Shown here in pieces: positions 19,921-29,993 of a DNA stretch of 64,000 nucleotides. Position 1 is the first letter of the stretch, and the number at the start of each line of letters is the position of its first letter. This DNA comes from an uncultured bacterium (GTDB taxonomy: Bacteria > Vulcanimicrobiota > Xenobia > Xenobiales > Xenobiaceae): contig CATXCY010000010.1 in assembly GCA_958366945.1 (NCBI GenBank), forward strand, positions 6,463 through 70,462, read 5' to 3'. The notes beneath the pieces are model-generated. The model ran no database searches. It saw only the letters and a list, made by a program, of their open reading frames with translations, and had not been told where the DNA came from. The position numbers and the translations under genes were made by a program.

Positions 19921-20898
19921 TTGGAGTTGAAAGATATGTTTAGTGGCAAGTTGCAGAAGTTCTTTGGTGGCCTGTTTGGGCGCTGTTTAAGAGCTTCTGT
20001 TGTGAGTGTGGGGCTGTTGGCTATTCTTGGTGGTGGCGCTCAGGCAGCTGAAAACCATACTGGTGCTGTAGTAAAGGCGCCCGCTAAAACACAGGCAATA
20101 TCAGCGCAAAAGTCCACTGCCGATGTCAGGGCAACTTCTGCTTCTCCTTCCAAGGCGGCCGCTTCGTCTGCTTCTGCTGAAAAAAAACAAGGTGCTTCTG
20201 AGATAAAAACTCAAACTCTTAGCCGTAAGGCTTTGGGGGTGCGTGCGTATGCTCGTATGCAAGTGCTGATCGAGTATTATTTTATGGAGAGTGGCTTGTA
20301 TCCAGTCAGCTTAAAAGCGCTGGAGCACAGTTTCAATGTTGGCTTGCCTGCCGATGCACCTAAAGTTGTCTTGGGAAATGATCCTCTCTCTGGCAAGCCT
20401 TTTGTCTACGAAGTCAGTAAAGATCGTCACCACTACACTTTGTCTGTGCCTGAGCCTGCCCAATATGGCCAGGACATTCCTAATTTGGAAACGATTGATT
20501 GGGGATGGTTGCTTTTAGCTGCAGAGGGAAAGCGCATGGAGCGCTTACTCTCCGACTGTACCAGAAATATTAACGAATTGGCTACCGCTTGCGAAATTTA
20601 TGCTAAAGATCACAATAAGGCCTTTCCTGCCAAATTAGAGTCTTTGCGCCCTCAATATATGTTTCGCGAATTGCGTTGTCCCGCTTCCGGAAAACCGTAT
20701 ATCTATGTTTTTAGGCGCGGCGGTTACACTATAGAGTGTCCTGAGGCCAACAAGCACGGTTTAGGGTCAGTAAAATATGACTCCGACAAGGGGCTTTTTG
20801 TTACTGGCGCCGACAGTGAAAAATCCCAAGAAACTAAAGCTGAAGCCAAGTCTAATGATAAGTCTGCCCCAAAAGCGCAAGGCAAGATCAAACAATAA
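19921..20898 (+). CDS. Hypothetical secreted protein
   Basis: Sec-type signal peptide (LLAILGGGAQA|AEN), a Ser/Ala-rich linker, a Cys-containing C-terminal domain. Confidence 0.5.
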   Translation: MELKDMFSGKLQKFFGGLFGRCLRASVVSVGLLAILGGGAQAAENHTGAVVKAPAKTQAISAQKSTADVRATSASPSKAAASSASAEKKQGASEIKTQTLSRKALGVRAYARMQVLIEYYFMESGLYPVSLKALEHSFNVGLPADAPKVVLGNDPLSGKPFVYEVSKDRHHYTLSVPEPAQYGQDIPNLETIDWGWLLLAAEGKRMERLLSDCTRNINELATACEIYAKDHNKAFPAKLESLRPQYMFRELRCPASGKPYIYVFRRGGYTIECPEANKHGLGSVKYDSDKGLFVTGADSEKSQETKAEAKSNDKSAPKAQGKIKQ

Positions 20899-21058
20899 CG
20901 TCGATTTTTGTGCTTGTTTGCCTATCTGTCACTAGGCAATAATTTTATGATTTTTCGTCAGATAATTTGAATATGCTCAAGCGTCTTGAGAATCAAGCTT
21001 AAGTCGTTCTCAGGACGCTCTTTTTTTGTATTTTTGATTTACTTGAAAGGTTTGAATA

Positions 21059-22980
21059 TGGAACTTATTCCTTTTACTCAATGGCCACTTAATAATGCTT
21101 TGCAAGAAAGTTTACAAAAAGCTGGCTTCACCACTCCTACCGAGGTACAGCAAGCTTGTTGGGATGATGTTTTAGCTGGAACTGATCTATTGGTTCAGTC
21201 TTGTACAGGAACAGGAAAAACTTTAGCCTTCTCTTTGCCTCTTCTTAATAATCCAGACAATACGCGTCCGGCTTCTATTTTGGTAGTTTTGCCCACCAGG
21301 GAATTGGCTATGCAAGTAGCTAGAGTAATAAATTCTCTTGGTACCAAAGCCGCTTTGTTGTATGGTGGAGGAAGTTATCACGAGCAAATGCGCTCTTTAA
21401 AGCAAGGAGCTCCAGTTATTGTCGGTACTCCTGGACGTTTGATCGACCATATTGAGCGTGGCTCTTTAGATTTAAGCGGCTGCCGAGCTTTAGTTTTAGA
21501 TGAAGCTGACGAAATTCTGGATATGGGTTTTGCCGAAGAATTAGATAAAATTTTGGCTTCTTTACCAGCAGAGCGTCAAACATTGCTTTTCTCAGCCACC
21601 ATGCCAGCTGAGATGGAAGAACTGGCTCAGAAAACTTTACGTGAAGATTGTCATCGCATTTCAATAAGCGTGGGTTTGACGGCAGCTCACGATATAAGCC
21701 ATGAAGTCTATTTAGTAGCTAAGGAGTGGCGTGCTAAAGCTCTTTGCAATATCTTACATGCCGAAGCTCCGCAATTGGCTATTATTTTCTGCCATACTAA
21801 AGTGGAAACAGATGAGCTCACGCAAACTTTGATCCACTCTGGCTTAAACGTGCTTTCTTTACACGGTGATATGGCCCAGGCTGAACGGACGCGTACTTTA
21901 AGTAGTTTCCGCAGTGGAGCTGCTAAATATTTGGTCGCTACTGATGTAGCTGCTCGAGGTTTGGATGTTGATGGAGTGACCCACGTAATAAATATGGCTC
22001 CTCCGCAAAATACTGAAACTTATATCCATCGTGTCGGCCGTACAGGTAGAGCTGGTAAGCGTGGCACAGCTATCACATTTGTGGCTAGACATGAACTTAA
22101 CCGTTTTAAGAGGTTGGTAGGTAAAGCCAAAATTGATATTGAGATTGGCAAGTTACCACAAGCTGAAGAAGTACGCCGTCGCATAAAAGCTGACTTCCAT
22201 AAAGAAGTGACAGAAAGATTGGCTTCTGTCGTTAATGAAGATTACCGGCTTTTGGCAGCTGAATTACTTAGCTATCTAAGTCCTTCCGATAGTTTGGCCG
22301 CTGTGCTTAGTATGTTGCCTAGGGCCAGAGCCATTTTTACAGCCGGTTGCAATGTATCTGTGCAAGAGCTTGATAGAGGCAGCCGCCGCAGTAAAGCTGA
22401 GCGCAATAGCCTTTTGGACAAAGCAGCCAAAAAGGCCGGTGCTGCAGCTGCTGAAGGCATGAGTTATATTCAGATAAATTTGGGACGCAGCGATGGTATC
22501 AACGTTCAGGCCATCTTGCGCATGTTGGCTGAAGCTGCTTCTTTATCAAAAACTGAAGTAGGCGATGTAGAATTGCGCTCTCACACTACTTTTGTGGAAC
22601 TTCCCAGTGAAGATACTGCTGCAGTTTTAGAAGCTTTGAATCATTATGACTTTGGCCCAGTGCGCTTGAGGGCTCGTTTAATTACACCCGAAAAACTTAA
22701 AGTGCTATTACCTGTTGAAGTAAAATCGGTTAAACATAAAAATGGTTTCAAAGAACGCCACGAGACTAAGGGTAGACGTGGTGAAGGACGCAAAAACGGT
22801 GGACGCAACTTTACCAAAGACGATAAGGGCAAACGGACTCACAGTAATGAGCACAGGAGTGGCCGACGCGGAGCATCTAACCACGCTTTCAAAGGCTCTG
22901 ATTCTGGAAATAGACGTGGACTTAAAAAAGACAGTTTCAATAGGGGAGGTCGAGCCCAGCGCAGAAATAAAAAATATTAG
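21059..22980 (+). CDS. DEAD-box ATP-dependent RNA helicase with DbpA-like C-terminal region and basic RGG-rich tail
   Basis: Q motif TPTEVQQ, motif I SCTGTGKT, motif II VLDEADEIL, motif III SAT, motif VI HRVGRTGRAG. ATG at 21059 after the RBS gaaagg (ORF track extends to 20986). Confidence 0.88.
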
Positions 22981-23006
22981 CTAAGTTAAGGGGAGTGCGT
23001 TTTTGT

Positions 23007-24692
23007 ATGTTATGTAAAGTAACTCTGCCTCACGGTGTTCAAGAAGTTTCCAACGATACTTTTATTTGCGATGTATTATGTCGCGATTTAGGTATAGATG
23101 GCTCGGCGCAAGCCATGAAATTGCCTCTGTGCATAAACCATTTGCGTAAGGTTGGCTACGTAGGAGCTCAAGTTGACGGTGAAATTGTCGATTTGAAAGC
23201 TCGCATAGCATCCGATTGCAAGATTACTCCTCTTACTAACGACGATTATTTTGGCCGCCATATTGTTACACGCAGTTCTGCCTATCTGTTAGTGTATGCC
23301 GCTAAATTGGTTAATCCTGAAGCTGCTTTGGAAATCGGTCAGTCTTTGCACAGTCAGTTATTCTTTTATGTTAAAAATGTAGAAGATATCGAAGCGTTTG
23401 GGAAAGAAGTCAATGACACATTCGCTAAGCTTTGTGCTAAGAGGGTGCCATTTAAAACTAGCTTAGTTCCTCCTTCTGCCGCTTTAAATATGGTAGACGA
23501 TCCTGATGGCGATAGACGTTACGTTGTCAATTGCTGGGTAGGATCTAAATTCGGTGTAGTCAACATCGGTGATTATACCGATTTGGCCTACGGACCTTTT
23601 GTGCCGGATGCCGGATTCTTGCGCTCTATCAAGGTTGTGGGCATACCAGAGGGTTTACTTTTAGCCCAGGAGCCGGTGCAACTTCCTTCTGAAGAGTTGA
23701 AAAGCTTTATGCTTGGAGCTGCTACTCAGGCTAAAAATTGGAATAAGCGCATGAATATCGACACCGTTGGCAAATTGAATCGGTTAATTTTGAGCGGTGA
23801 AGGTCAGAACTTAGTGCAAGTAAGTGAAACTTTGCACGAATTGCGCATAGGTGAAATCGCTCACGATATTCTTTCTCGCCCCGGTATCAAAGTCGTCTTT
23901 ATTTCCGGCCCTTCCAGCTCGGGAAAAACTAGCACGGTACGTCGTCTTTCCACTCACTTGCAAGCTATGGGAAAACGCACTGTTTATGTCGGTCTGGACG
24001 ATTATTATTTGCCTTGTGAGCAATGTCCGCGTGATGAAAAGGGTGACTACGATTTTGAAGCTATTGAAGCTTTGAATTTGCAGCGTATTAAGAGCGATTT
24101 ACAATCTTTAGTGGATGGTAAAGTCACCAAAATACCGCGCTTTGATTTTGTCAATCAGCGTCCTTTCCCCGCCGAAGAAGAGAGCTCGCTTTGTTTAGGC
24201 GATGATCAAATTCTGCTTATTGAAGGTATTCACGGCCTCAATCCGGCTATTACTGATGCCATATCCAGAGATAAACGTTATGCCATTTTTGTGAGCGCTT
24301 TGCCGCAGCTTAACATGGACAATGTTAATAGGGTTCCTACCACTTATGCGCGCTTGTTACGTCGTATCATTAGAGATAGGCGCTATAGAGGTGTGTCAGC
24401 TGATAGCACCATCAAGCGCTGGCCTAGTGTTCGACGAGGAGAAAATAAATATATTTTCCCCCATCAAAGCCGTTCAGACGCCATTTTTAATTCGGCTTTA
24501 GCTTATGAGCTGGCTGTTTTCCGCCATTATGCTTGGCCTTACCTTTTAGAAGTGCCTGAAGATAGCCCCTCTTACATAATGGCTAGAGATATGCTGCGCT
24601 TTTTAACTAAAGTAGTACCTATGGATTCAGAGTGGATTCCTAAAAACTCAGTTTTACGTGAATTCTTAGGTGGCAGTATTTACCAATACTAA
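23007..24692 (+). CDS. ThrRS-N-terminal-like (TGS) domain fused to uridine kinase/phosphoribulokinase-family P-loop kinase
   Basis: N-terminus KVTLPHGVQEV...AQVDGEIVDLKARIASDCKITPLT is TGS-like. P-loop VVFISGPSSSGKTSTVRRL and the downstream YVGLDDYY are typical of the uridine kinase family. ATG at 23007 after the RBS aaggggag. Confidence 0.6.
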   Translation: MLCKVTLPHGVQEVSNDTFICDVLCRDLGIDGSAQAMKLPLCINHLRKVGYVGAQVDGEIVDLKARIASDCKITPLTNDDYFGRHIVTRSSAYLLVYAAKLVNPEAALEIGQSLHSQLFFYVKNVEDIEAFGKEVNDTFAKLCAKRVPFKTSLVPPSAALNMVDDPDGDRRYVVNCWVGSKFGVVNIGDYTDLAYGPFVPDAGFLRSIKVVGIPEGLLLAQEPVQLPSEELKSFMLGAATQAKNWNKRMNIDTVGKLNRLILSGEGQNLVQVSETLHELRIGEIAHDILSRPGIKVVFISGPSSSGKTSTVRRLSTHLQAMGKRTVYVGLDDYYLPCEQCPRDEKGDYDFEAIEALNLQRIKSDLQSLVDGKVTKIPRFDFVNQRPFPAEEESSLCLGDDQILLIEGIHGLNPAITDAISRDKRYAIFVSALPQLNMDNVNRVPTTYARLLRRIIRDRRYRGVSADSTIKRWPSVRRGENKYIFPHQSRSDAIFNSALAYELAVFRHYAWPYLLEVPEDSPSYIMARDMLRFLTKVVPMDSEWIPKNSVLREFLGGSIYQY

Positions 24693-24704
24693 TAAATATT
24701 GAAT

Positions 24705-24755
24705 AAAACGCTCCATTGGGTTGCAACAGAAACCGAGTAGAGCGTTTTTTTTTGT
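24705..24755 (+). terminator. Rho-independent terminator after the kinase gene
   Basis: AAAACGCTC...(structured loop)...GAGCGTTTTTTTTT. Confidence 0.5.
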
Positions 24756-24864
24756 CTTTTATTACTCTTTCGCAATAACTATTGATATGCTAAACTGATC
24801 TTGCGCTCATATGTGAAGCGATTGAGCGATATAATCACATATCATATATAGAGGGGGAAGTGGT

Positions 24865-25881
24865 ATGGTAAAAATAAGTTCTGCCCAAAGTGGCACTTTT
24901 GCTGACGGTAGTATCGCAATATCTAGTTATAAAGCCAAAGCAGGCTACAGCGATAAGCCTGATTATCAAGCCGAGCAAATAGACAAGGGAGACAGTCTGT
25001 CCTTAACAACAGATATTGGCTCCTTTTTTAATTTTAACCATTTGTCTTCTGGACATCTTCGTCAAGGTACATTAAGTACATCTTCAACAAAGCAAGAACA
25101 AGTTTCTCCAAATTCTCTTATACCCAGACACTTAAGTGAGCAAGAAGCTGAAGCTTTATCCAACCAGCAACTCAAAGCAGAATATGGACGCCATAGTCAA
25201 ATATCTTCTGATTCGGAAGCCAAACAGCAGAAATGTATTAGTCGCTCCATTGTCTTAAGCCAAAATAGGGAGCAAGCTTTGCATATGAATAGGCTGAGCT
25301 CTACTTTGAAACAAAGCGGCCGAAAATTGGCACAGCAGGCTTTGGCTCAGATCGCTTCTGGAGTGGCACTTTACGCTTCAGGAGCGGCTATGGAAGCTGC
25401 GGGTAAGGCTATGCTTGGTTGTCCTTTTACCAAAGCTGCTGGCATGGCCCTCGTATCGAAAGGCAAAGCTTTGAAACAACGTGGTATGCAAATGCGCCAA
25501 TATGGGCAAAAATTGGAGCTTAGTTCTAAAAATTTATTGAGCTCTGGGCTCAGCTTAGGAGCTTCTGCCAATAAACAGATTAACTATGTTAAAAACGCTT
25601 GGCAAGCTCTCAATAATATTTATCAACAAATAAAAACTGTGGGAAATTTAGCCAAAAGTAGTATGCTTTGTGCTGAAAATGTGGGACGTAAACGTGGCCT
25701 TTCTTTTACTTCCACGCCTAGTGGAAATAAATTAAAGGTTGGATTGTCTGCTTCCAAAATTGACAATGCGGTTGTGAGCACGTCAAGTAAGGTAACCAAT
25801 TCGAAAAGTTCAGCCGTTACCAGCAGTGCCGTAAAGCCCCTGGCTTTAGTCATGGGGAGTATGCCAATTGAAGTAAAATAG
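24865..25881 (+). CDS. Hypothetical Ser/Ala/Gln-rich protein (first gene of paralog cassette)
   Basis: Strong RBS agagggggaag. 338 aa, low complexity, no signal peptide. Helical Ala/Gly/Met-rich central segment. Confidence 0.5.
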   Translation: MVKISSAQSGTFADGSIAISSYKAKAGYSDKPDYQAEQIDKGDSLSLTTDIGSFFNFNHLSSGHLRQGTLSTSSTKQEQVSPNSLIPRHLSEQEAEALSNQQLKAEYGRHSQISSDSEAKQQKCISRSIVLSQNREQALHMNRLSSTLKQSGRKLAQQALAQIASGVALYASGAAMEAAGKAMLGCPFTKAAGMALVSKGKALKQRGMQMRQYGQKLELSSKNLLSSGLSLGASANKQINYVKNAWQALNNIYQQIKTVGNLAKSSMLCAENVGRKRGLSFTSTPSGNKLKVGLSASKIDNAVVSTSSKVTNSKSSAVTSSAVKPLALVMGSMPIEVK

Positions 25882-26031
25882 CGGCGTAATTTTATACTTC
25901 TGCCAATCACTTTGCCTGCTGCTTTTGTCTATTCGGAGGCAAAGTGATTGTTCATTATAGAAAATTTTATATTCCATTGCTGGATAAAAATACAGGAAGC
26001 CCTGCAATACAATAGAACTTTCTACAGTATC

Positions 26032-27249
26032 ATGGCTAAATTTCCAGTGCTAGACGATAACTTTCCACGTATTATTCCTTCTTTCAGACAGTTAGTAAAA
26101 ATTATGTCCGAATGTGTGGCCGGCGGAGTTAGCTTAACTTGTACCGCCTTTGAGTTCCGCCAATGTGATGCTGCTTTAGGAACAGCTTTGGGCAATTTTA
26201 TGGAAGTTTTGCGCTTAAAAGAACTTCCTCCAGAGCGCAATGAAGCAATTAACGAAATAGTGCTTTTGTTTACGCGTATGAGTTCCGAAATGGCCAAATT
26301 AGAAACAGCTCTGAGTATGGATGCTACAGCTGCGGCCGTTTCTTGTGTGGCCAATATTTACGATCACTTAAAAGATTTGGAAGAATTAAATATGGACTTG
26401 AAAGCCGCTGTTGGCGATAGCCATATTTATTCCGAAGTGCCGGTGGTGGACAGTTTACTGCGAGCGGGCAATTTTGTCTTAGAAACTAACGGAGCCGAAT
26501 GGGAAGCTCTGAGTGCCCGTTTGGAAGCTCTTATTCCTCAGTGGAATGAGATCGTCTCTGGTACTGGACTGCCGGAAGAACTAATTCGCCACGACAGAGC
26601 GTTGGAGCGCCTCGTTGAGGTACTTAACGAGCGAAATTTAGAAGCTTTGCCAAAAGTTCTGGAAGAAGTAAAATCCAGCGGCGAAGATCTGGTCAACTTC
26701 CAAGATAGTCAAATAGACACCGATACTTCCTCTGTAGTTTTGTGCCCCTATTGTGGTAAGCCTATGATCGAGGGTAGTAAGAAGTGCTTCTCTTGCGGCG
26801 CCAGGATGCCAGAAGAATTTGAGCGAGATTCTACAGCCGACAAAGATTCTGAAAAAGGCGAAGCGGCTTATGAAGGCATGCCAGAATATGTACAGCGTAT
26901 TATGGATATCGCTCAAGAACTTCCCAATAATGCCAAGATGATTCGTCCTTTCAAACGTGCTGTGGGAGAATTGCGTAGACGTGTAGCCGATGCCAATTCG
27001 CGTATCAATAAAATGGCTTCTTCTAAAATTAAGACCACTCCGGAAGAACGCGAAAATATTGATGGCATCGTAGATTTAGCTAATACTTGCATAGAAAATC
27101 TCTCTAAAGCCGTTGAGCTTTTGGAGGAGTTTGAACCACCTGTCGACAGGTTCCATTTGCAATGTGCTTTGGAAGTTATGGTTAAAGCGGTCAAAGAAAT
27201 GCGTGGCATGGGCGGTTTGGCTCAAAAATATCGCAATTCTAAAAAGTAA
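26032..27249 (+). CDS. Zn-ribbon-containing helical protein, paralog A
   Basis: N-terminal motif FPVLDDNFPRIIP and central CPYCG...CFSCG ribbon. It aligns along its length to the next gene. Internal ATG chosen (ORF track starts at 25948). Confidence 0.5.
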   Translation: MAKFPVLDDNFPRIIPSFRQLVKIMSECVAGGVSLTCTAFEFRQCDAALGTALGNFMEVLRLKELPPERNEAINEIVLLFTRMSSEMAKLETALSMDATAAAVSCVANIYDHLKDLEELNMDLKAAVGDSHIYSEVPVVDSLLRAGNFVLETNGAEWEALSARLEALIPQWNEIVSGTGLPEELIRHDRALERLVEVLNERNLEALPKVLEEVKSSGEDLVNFQDSQIDTDTSSVVLCPYCGKPMIEGSKKCFSCGARMPEEFERDSTADKDSEKGEAAYEGMPEYVQRIMDIAQELPNNAKMIRPFKRAVGELRRRVADANSRINKMASSKIKTTPEERENIDGIVDLANTCIENLSKAVELLEEFEPPVDRFHLQCALEVMVKAVKEMRGMGGLAQKYRNSKK

Positions 27250-27294
27250 TCAGTTCTCTTTTGCGTGCACATGACACAGCTCATTGGAGGTACC

Positions 27295-28485
27295 ATGGTA
27301 GATAAGCTGCCTAAGCTAGATGATTCTTTCCCCAAATTGATTCCCCATTTGCGTACTTTTGTAAGTGGTTTGGAACATTGTATAGTCAATAAAGAACCTC
27401 TTTCCCAGCTTCGTGAAGAATTACACCAATGCGATGTTGTTATGTCTGCTTTTGTACTGGCTTTTAAGTACAGTGTGCGCGGCTATGACTACAACGAAGA
27501 AGAACTGGAACATATCGCTCAAGTTTATGCCGATATTGAAGGTGTCGGTGGTGTGCTTTCTTCTCTCATTTGTGATTTAAAAGACGATGATGTCGAAGGC
27601 GCTGTACGTGATGTTAATGCTCTGGTCAATCAGTTGAAAGAAACTGAAAAAAGCTTAGCCAAGCTCGAAGAACTAAGAAATTCCAAGGCAAAGATTTCTG
27701 AATTTGACAGCATTGATGGAGTCCTTAAAGCTGGTCAGGCCGTGGTTGAGGGACGTCGTGGTTGGGAAATGTTGGAAAATCGTCTCGACTATTTGCGCCC
27801 ATCTTTTGATAAGCTGGTCGCTTGCAACTCTTTGCCTGAGCATATAGAAGATTATTGCGAAGCTTTAGATAATTTATTTAGAGTTTGCGAATGTCAATCT
27901 GTAGAAGAATTACCTGCCGCCTTAGAAGCTTTAAAAGCGACTGGTGATGTACTGATAGAAAAATATAAAGAAGCTAAAGCTAAACAAGAAGCTTTGGCTG
28001 CACAACAAGTTTGGCATTGCCCTAAGTGTGGTTGTGAAGTCAGTGAATGGGATAAGCGTTGTCCTTCTTGTGGAATGAGGCTGCCTGAGCGTATCGTCAG
28101 TGAAGTAGGGACTGAGAATAATTGTTTATTGCCCATGTTACCTACATGCGTGCAAACAATTTTAGATAGCGTAAGCTCTTTGCGCGAAGGTAATGATGCT
28201 TGGGCCGAGTTCTCAGCTGGATTGCATGAATATGGCAAATTTGTAGGCGAGCTTAAAGATAGGTACGCCTCTTTGCCAGAAAGTGTTTTTAATGGCGCTG
28301 AAGCAGAAGGTGAGTCTTTGATTCTATCTCGCGAAGCTATGGAAGAAGGACTCACTAAATTAGAAAATGCCTATTATGTATGTGAACACATGCAAAATGG
28401 TGGCGAAGTTAGCGATGAGGAACTCGATTCTACGCTAGAAAGCATGATTGAGGGAGTAGAACAAACACGTCAAATAGCTGGTTAA
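27295..28485 (+). CDS. Zn-ribbon-containing helical protein, paralog B
   Basis: ATG after the RBS ggagg. N-terminus LPKLDDSFPKLIP, ribbon CPKCG...CPSCG, acidic helical regions. Collinear with paralog A. Confidence 0.55.
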   Translation: MVDKLPKLDDSFPKLIPHLRTFVSGLEHCIVNKEPLSQLREELHQCDVVMSAFVLAFKYSVRGYDYNEEELEHIAQVYADIEGVGGVLSSLICDLKDDDVEGAVRDVNALVNQLKETEKSLAKLEELRNSKAKISEFDSIDGVLKAGQAVVEGRRGWEMLENRLDYLRPSFDKLVACNSLPEHIEDYCEALDNLFRVCECQSVEELPAALEALKATGDVLIEKYKEAKAKQEALAAQQVWHCPKCGCEVSEWDKRCPSCGMRLPERIVSEVGTENNCLLPMLPTCVQTILDSVSSLREGNDAWAEFSAGLHEYGKFVGELKDRYASLPESVFNGAEAEGESLILSREAMEEGLTKLENAYYVCEHMQNGGEVSDEELDSTLESMIEGVEQTRQIAG

Positions 28486-28513
28486 AATTTCCCAAAGTTT
28501 GTCTTTTTCTATA

Positions 28514-28569
28514 ATACCCGCAAAAGTACGCGAGCTGCTTAGAAGTGCGTACAAAGCGGGTATTTTTTG
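28514..28569 (+). terminator. Strong rho-independent terminator
   Basis: ATACCCGCaaaaGTACGCgagctgcttagaagtGCGTACaaaGCGGGTATTTTTTgt: nested hairpin plus T-run. Confidence 0.75.
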
Positions 28570-28680
28570 TGATGAGTTAATTAAAAATATTCTATAAAAA
28601 ATTTGCCTGCAACTCTTTACTTTTAGGCCTTGTGCCTTGAAAATAAGGACAAGTCTAGTTTTAAAAGAGAGGTAATTCTC

Positions 28681-29814
28681 ATGGGTGTTTTATCTACTGC
28701 TTCTACTATAGCTATGATGACGGCTAACGATTACAAGAATGCTCAAGCCATCTATGCTAATATGCAACAACAGGCTACGCTTGCCCAGAATGGTGGTATG
28801 GGAGTTCTTACCCAGCAAGCTCTTAAGGCTGCCTCCGCGCAGAATATGGAATTGCTTAATCAGCAAGCCGCGCAAGCCGCTAAAGCTTCCTCTGGCTCTT
28901 CTTCTATCGATTCTATATCATCTTCTTTTAGTGACCAGATTCAGCAACTGACCTCTTCCAATCTTTCTGTCACTGATCAGATTAGCCAGATTACTTCCGC
29001 TTCTGGTATGTCTGCTTCTTCTGCTGCTGGTTTTTCTACTTCTACAGATTTTACTCAGGCTATTATTGATAGCATTTCTTCTGCTAGCAAGTCTTCTTCC
29101 AGCTCCAGCACCAATAGCGACGTAATGACTAGCGCTACCAATATGCTGAAGACTTACTTCAAACAGTTCTGCCCTGGCATGAGCGATGAGCAAATTTCTG
29201 CTATTTGCAAATTTGCCGCCTCTCAGTATGGTGACCTGGCTAAGGCCATGGATATGAGTTCCTTAACTTCTAGCGTTATGGGCTCTTCTTCTACCGGCAG
29301 TGCCAGCAGCTCTGGAAGTGCTAGCAGTGTAGGTAACAATGGCAACTACGGCGCCAATAAGGGCGTAAGCGGTTTGCTTTCCGATGCTGGCGCTATGGTT
29401 GGTATGACTGAGCAGTCTAATGCTGCTTCTATTAACAAAATCACCAAAAAGAGTGGTATCAATTGCCAGACTACCCCTTGGTGCGCTGCTTGGGCAATGA
29501 ATATGCTCAAAGACCATGGTGTGTTGGATACTTCTTCTTGCTCCAACGTCAACTATTGTCCCACTATCGTAAACTGGGCCAAAAAAGAAAATATTTGGGC
29601 TGGTCGCGGTTCTTACACTCCTCAAGCTGGTGACGCGATCCTCTTCGACTGGCAGGGTGATGGTACTTCCGATCACATTGGTATCGTAGAAAAAGTCGCC
29701 AACGGTAAGGTTTATACCATTGAAGGTAACTCTTCTGACTCCGTGGCCAGAAGAAGCTACAGCTTGAGCAGTAGCAAAGTTATGGGCTATATCAACTGCG
29801 CCGCTCAAAAATAA
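28681..29814 (+). CDS. Polymorphic-toxin-like protein: low-complexity N-terminal region, conserved internal module, C-terminal CHAP-domain peptidoglycan amidase/peptidase
   Basis: ATG after the RBS agagagg. C-terminus TPWCAAWAMNML...AGDAILFDWQGDGTSDHIGIVEKVANGKVYTIEGNSS has the CHAP Cys and His motifs. No signal peptide. Confidence 0.6.
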   Translation: MGVLSTASTIAMMTANDYKNAQAIYANMQQQATLAQNGGMGVLTQQALKAASAQNMELLNQQAAQAAKASSGSSSIDSISSSFSDQIQQLTSSNLSVTDQISQITSASGMSASSAAGFSTSTDFTQAIIDSISSASKSSSSSSTNSDVMTSATNMLKTYFKQFCPGMSDEQISAICKFAASQYGDLAKAMDMSSLTSSVMGSSSTGSASSSGSASSVGNNGNYGANKGVSGLLSDAGAMVGMTEQSNAASINKITKKSGINCQTTPWCAAWAMNMLKDHGVLDTSSCSNVNYCPTIVNWAKKENIWAGRGSYTPQAGDAILFDWQGDGTSDHIGIVEKVANGKVYTIEGNSSDSVARRSYSLSSSKVMGYINCAAQK

Positions 29815-29844
29815 GTAAATAGCACTATATAGCTTTGCAATAAC

Positions 29845-29888
29845 AACTCCCTCCGAGTATAAATTTAGCTCGGGGGGAGTTTTCTTTT
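29845..29888 (+). terminator. Rho-independent terminator
   Basis: AACTCCCTCCGAGtataaatttagCTCGGGGGGAGTTttctttt. Confidence 0.75.
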
Positions 29889-29993
29889 GACTAAGATTAG
29901 ATGCAAATAAAGAAATAATAAAGAAAAGTCTAGACGCCTTGGCAAGCTGTCGTTATACATAAGAAACTACTTTTTAGGTTTGGAAGGTGCGTT

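Noticed and set aside
20986-21058. Upstream extensions of ORFs (DEAD-box 20986, kinase 22995, paralog A 25948, pilin fusion 5413, GspF 6777, murD 56792)
   Set aside because: In each case a good Shine-Dalgarno sequence precedes an internal ATG or GTG, and the extension lacks homology-like sequence.
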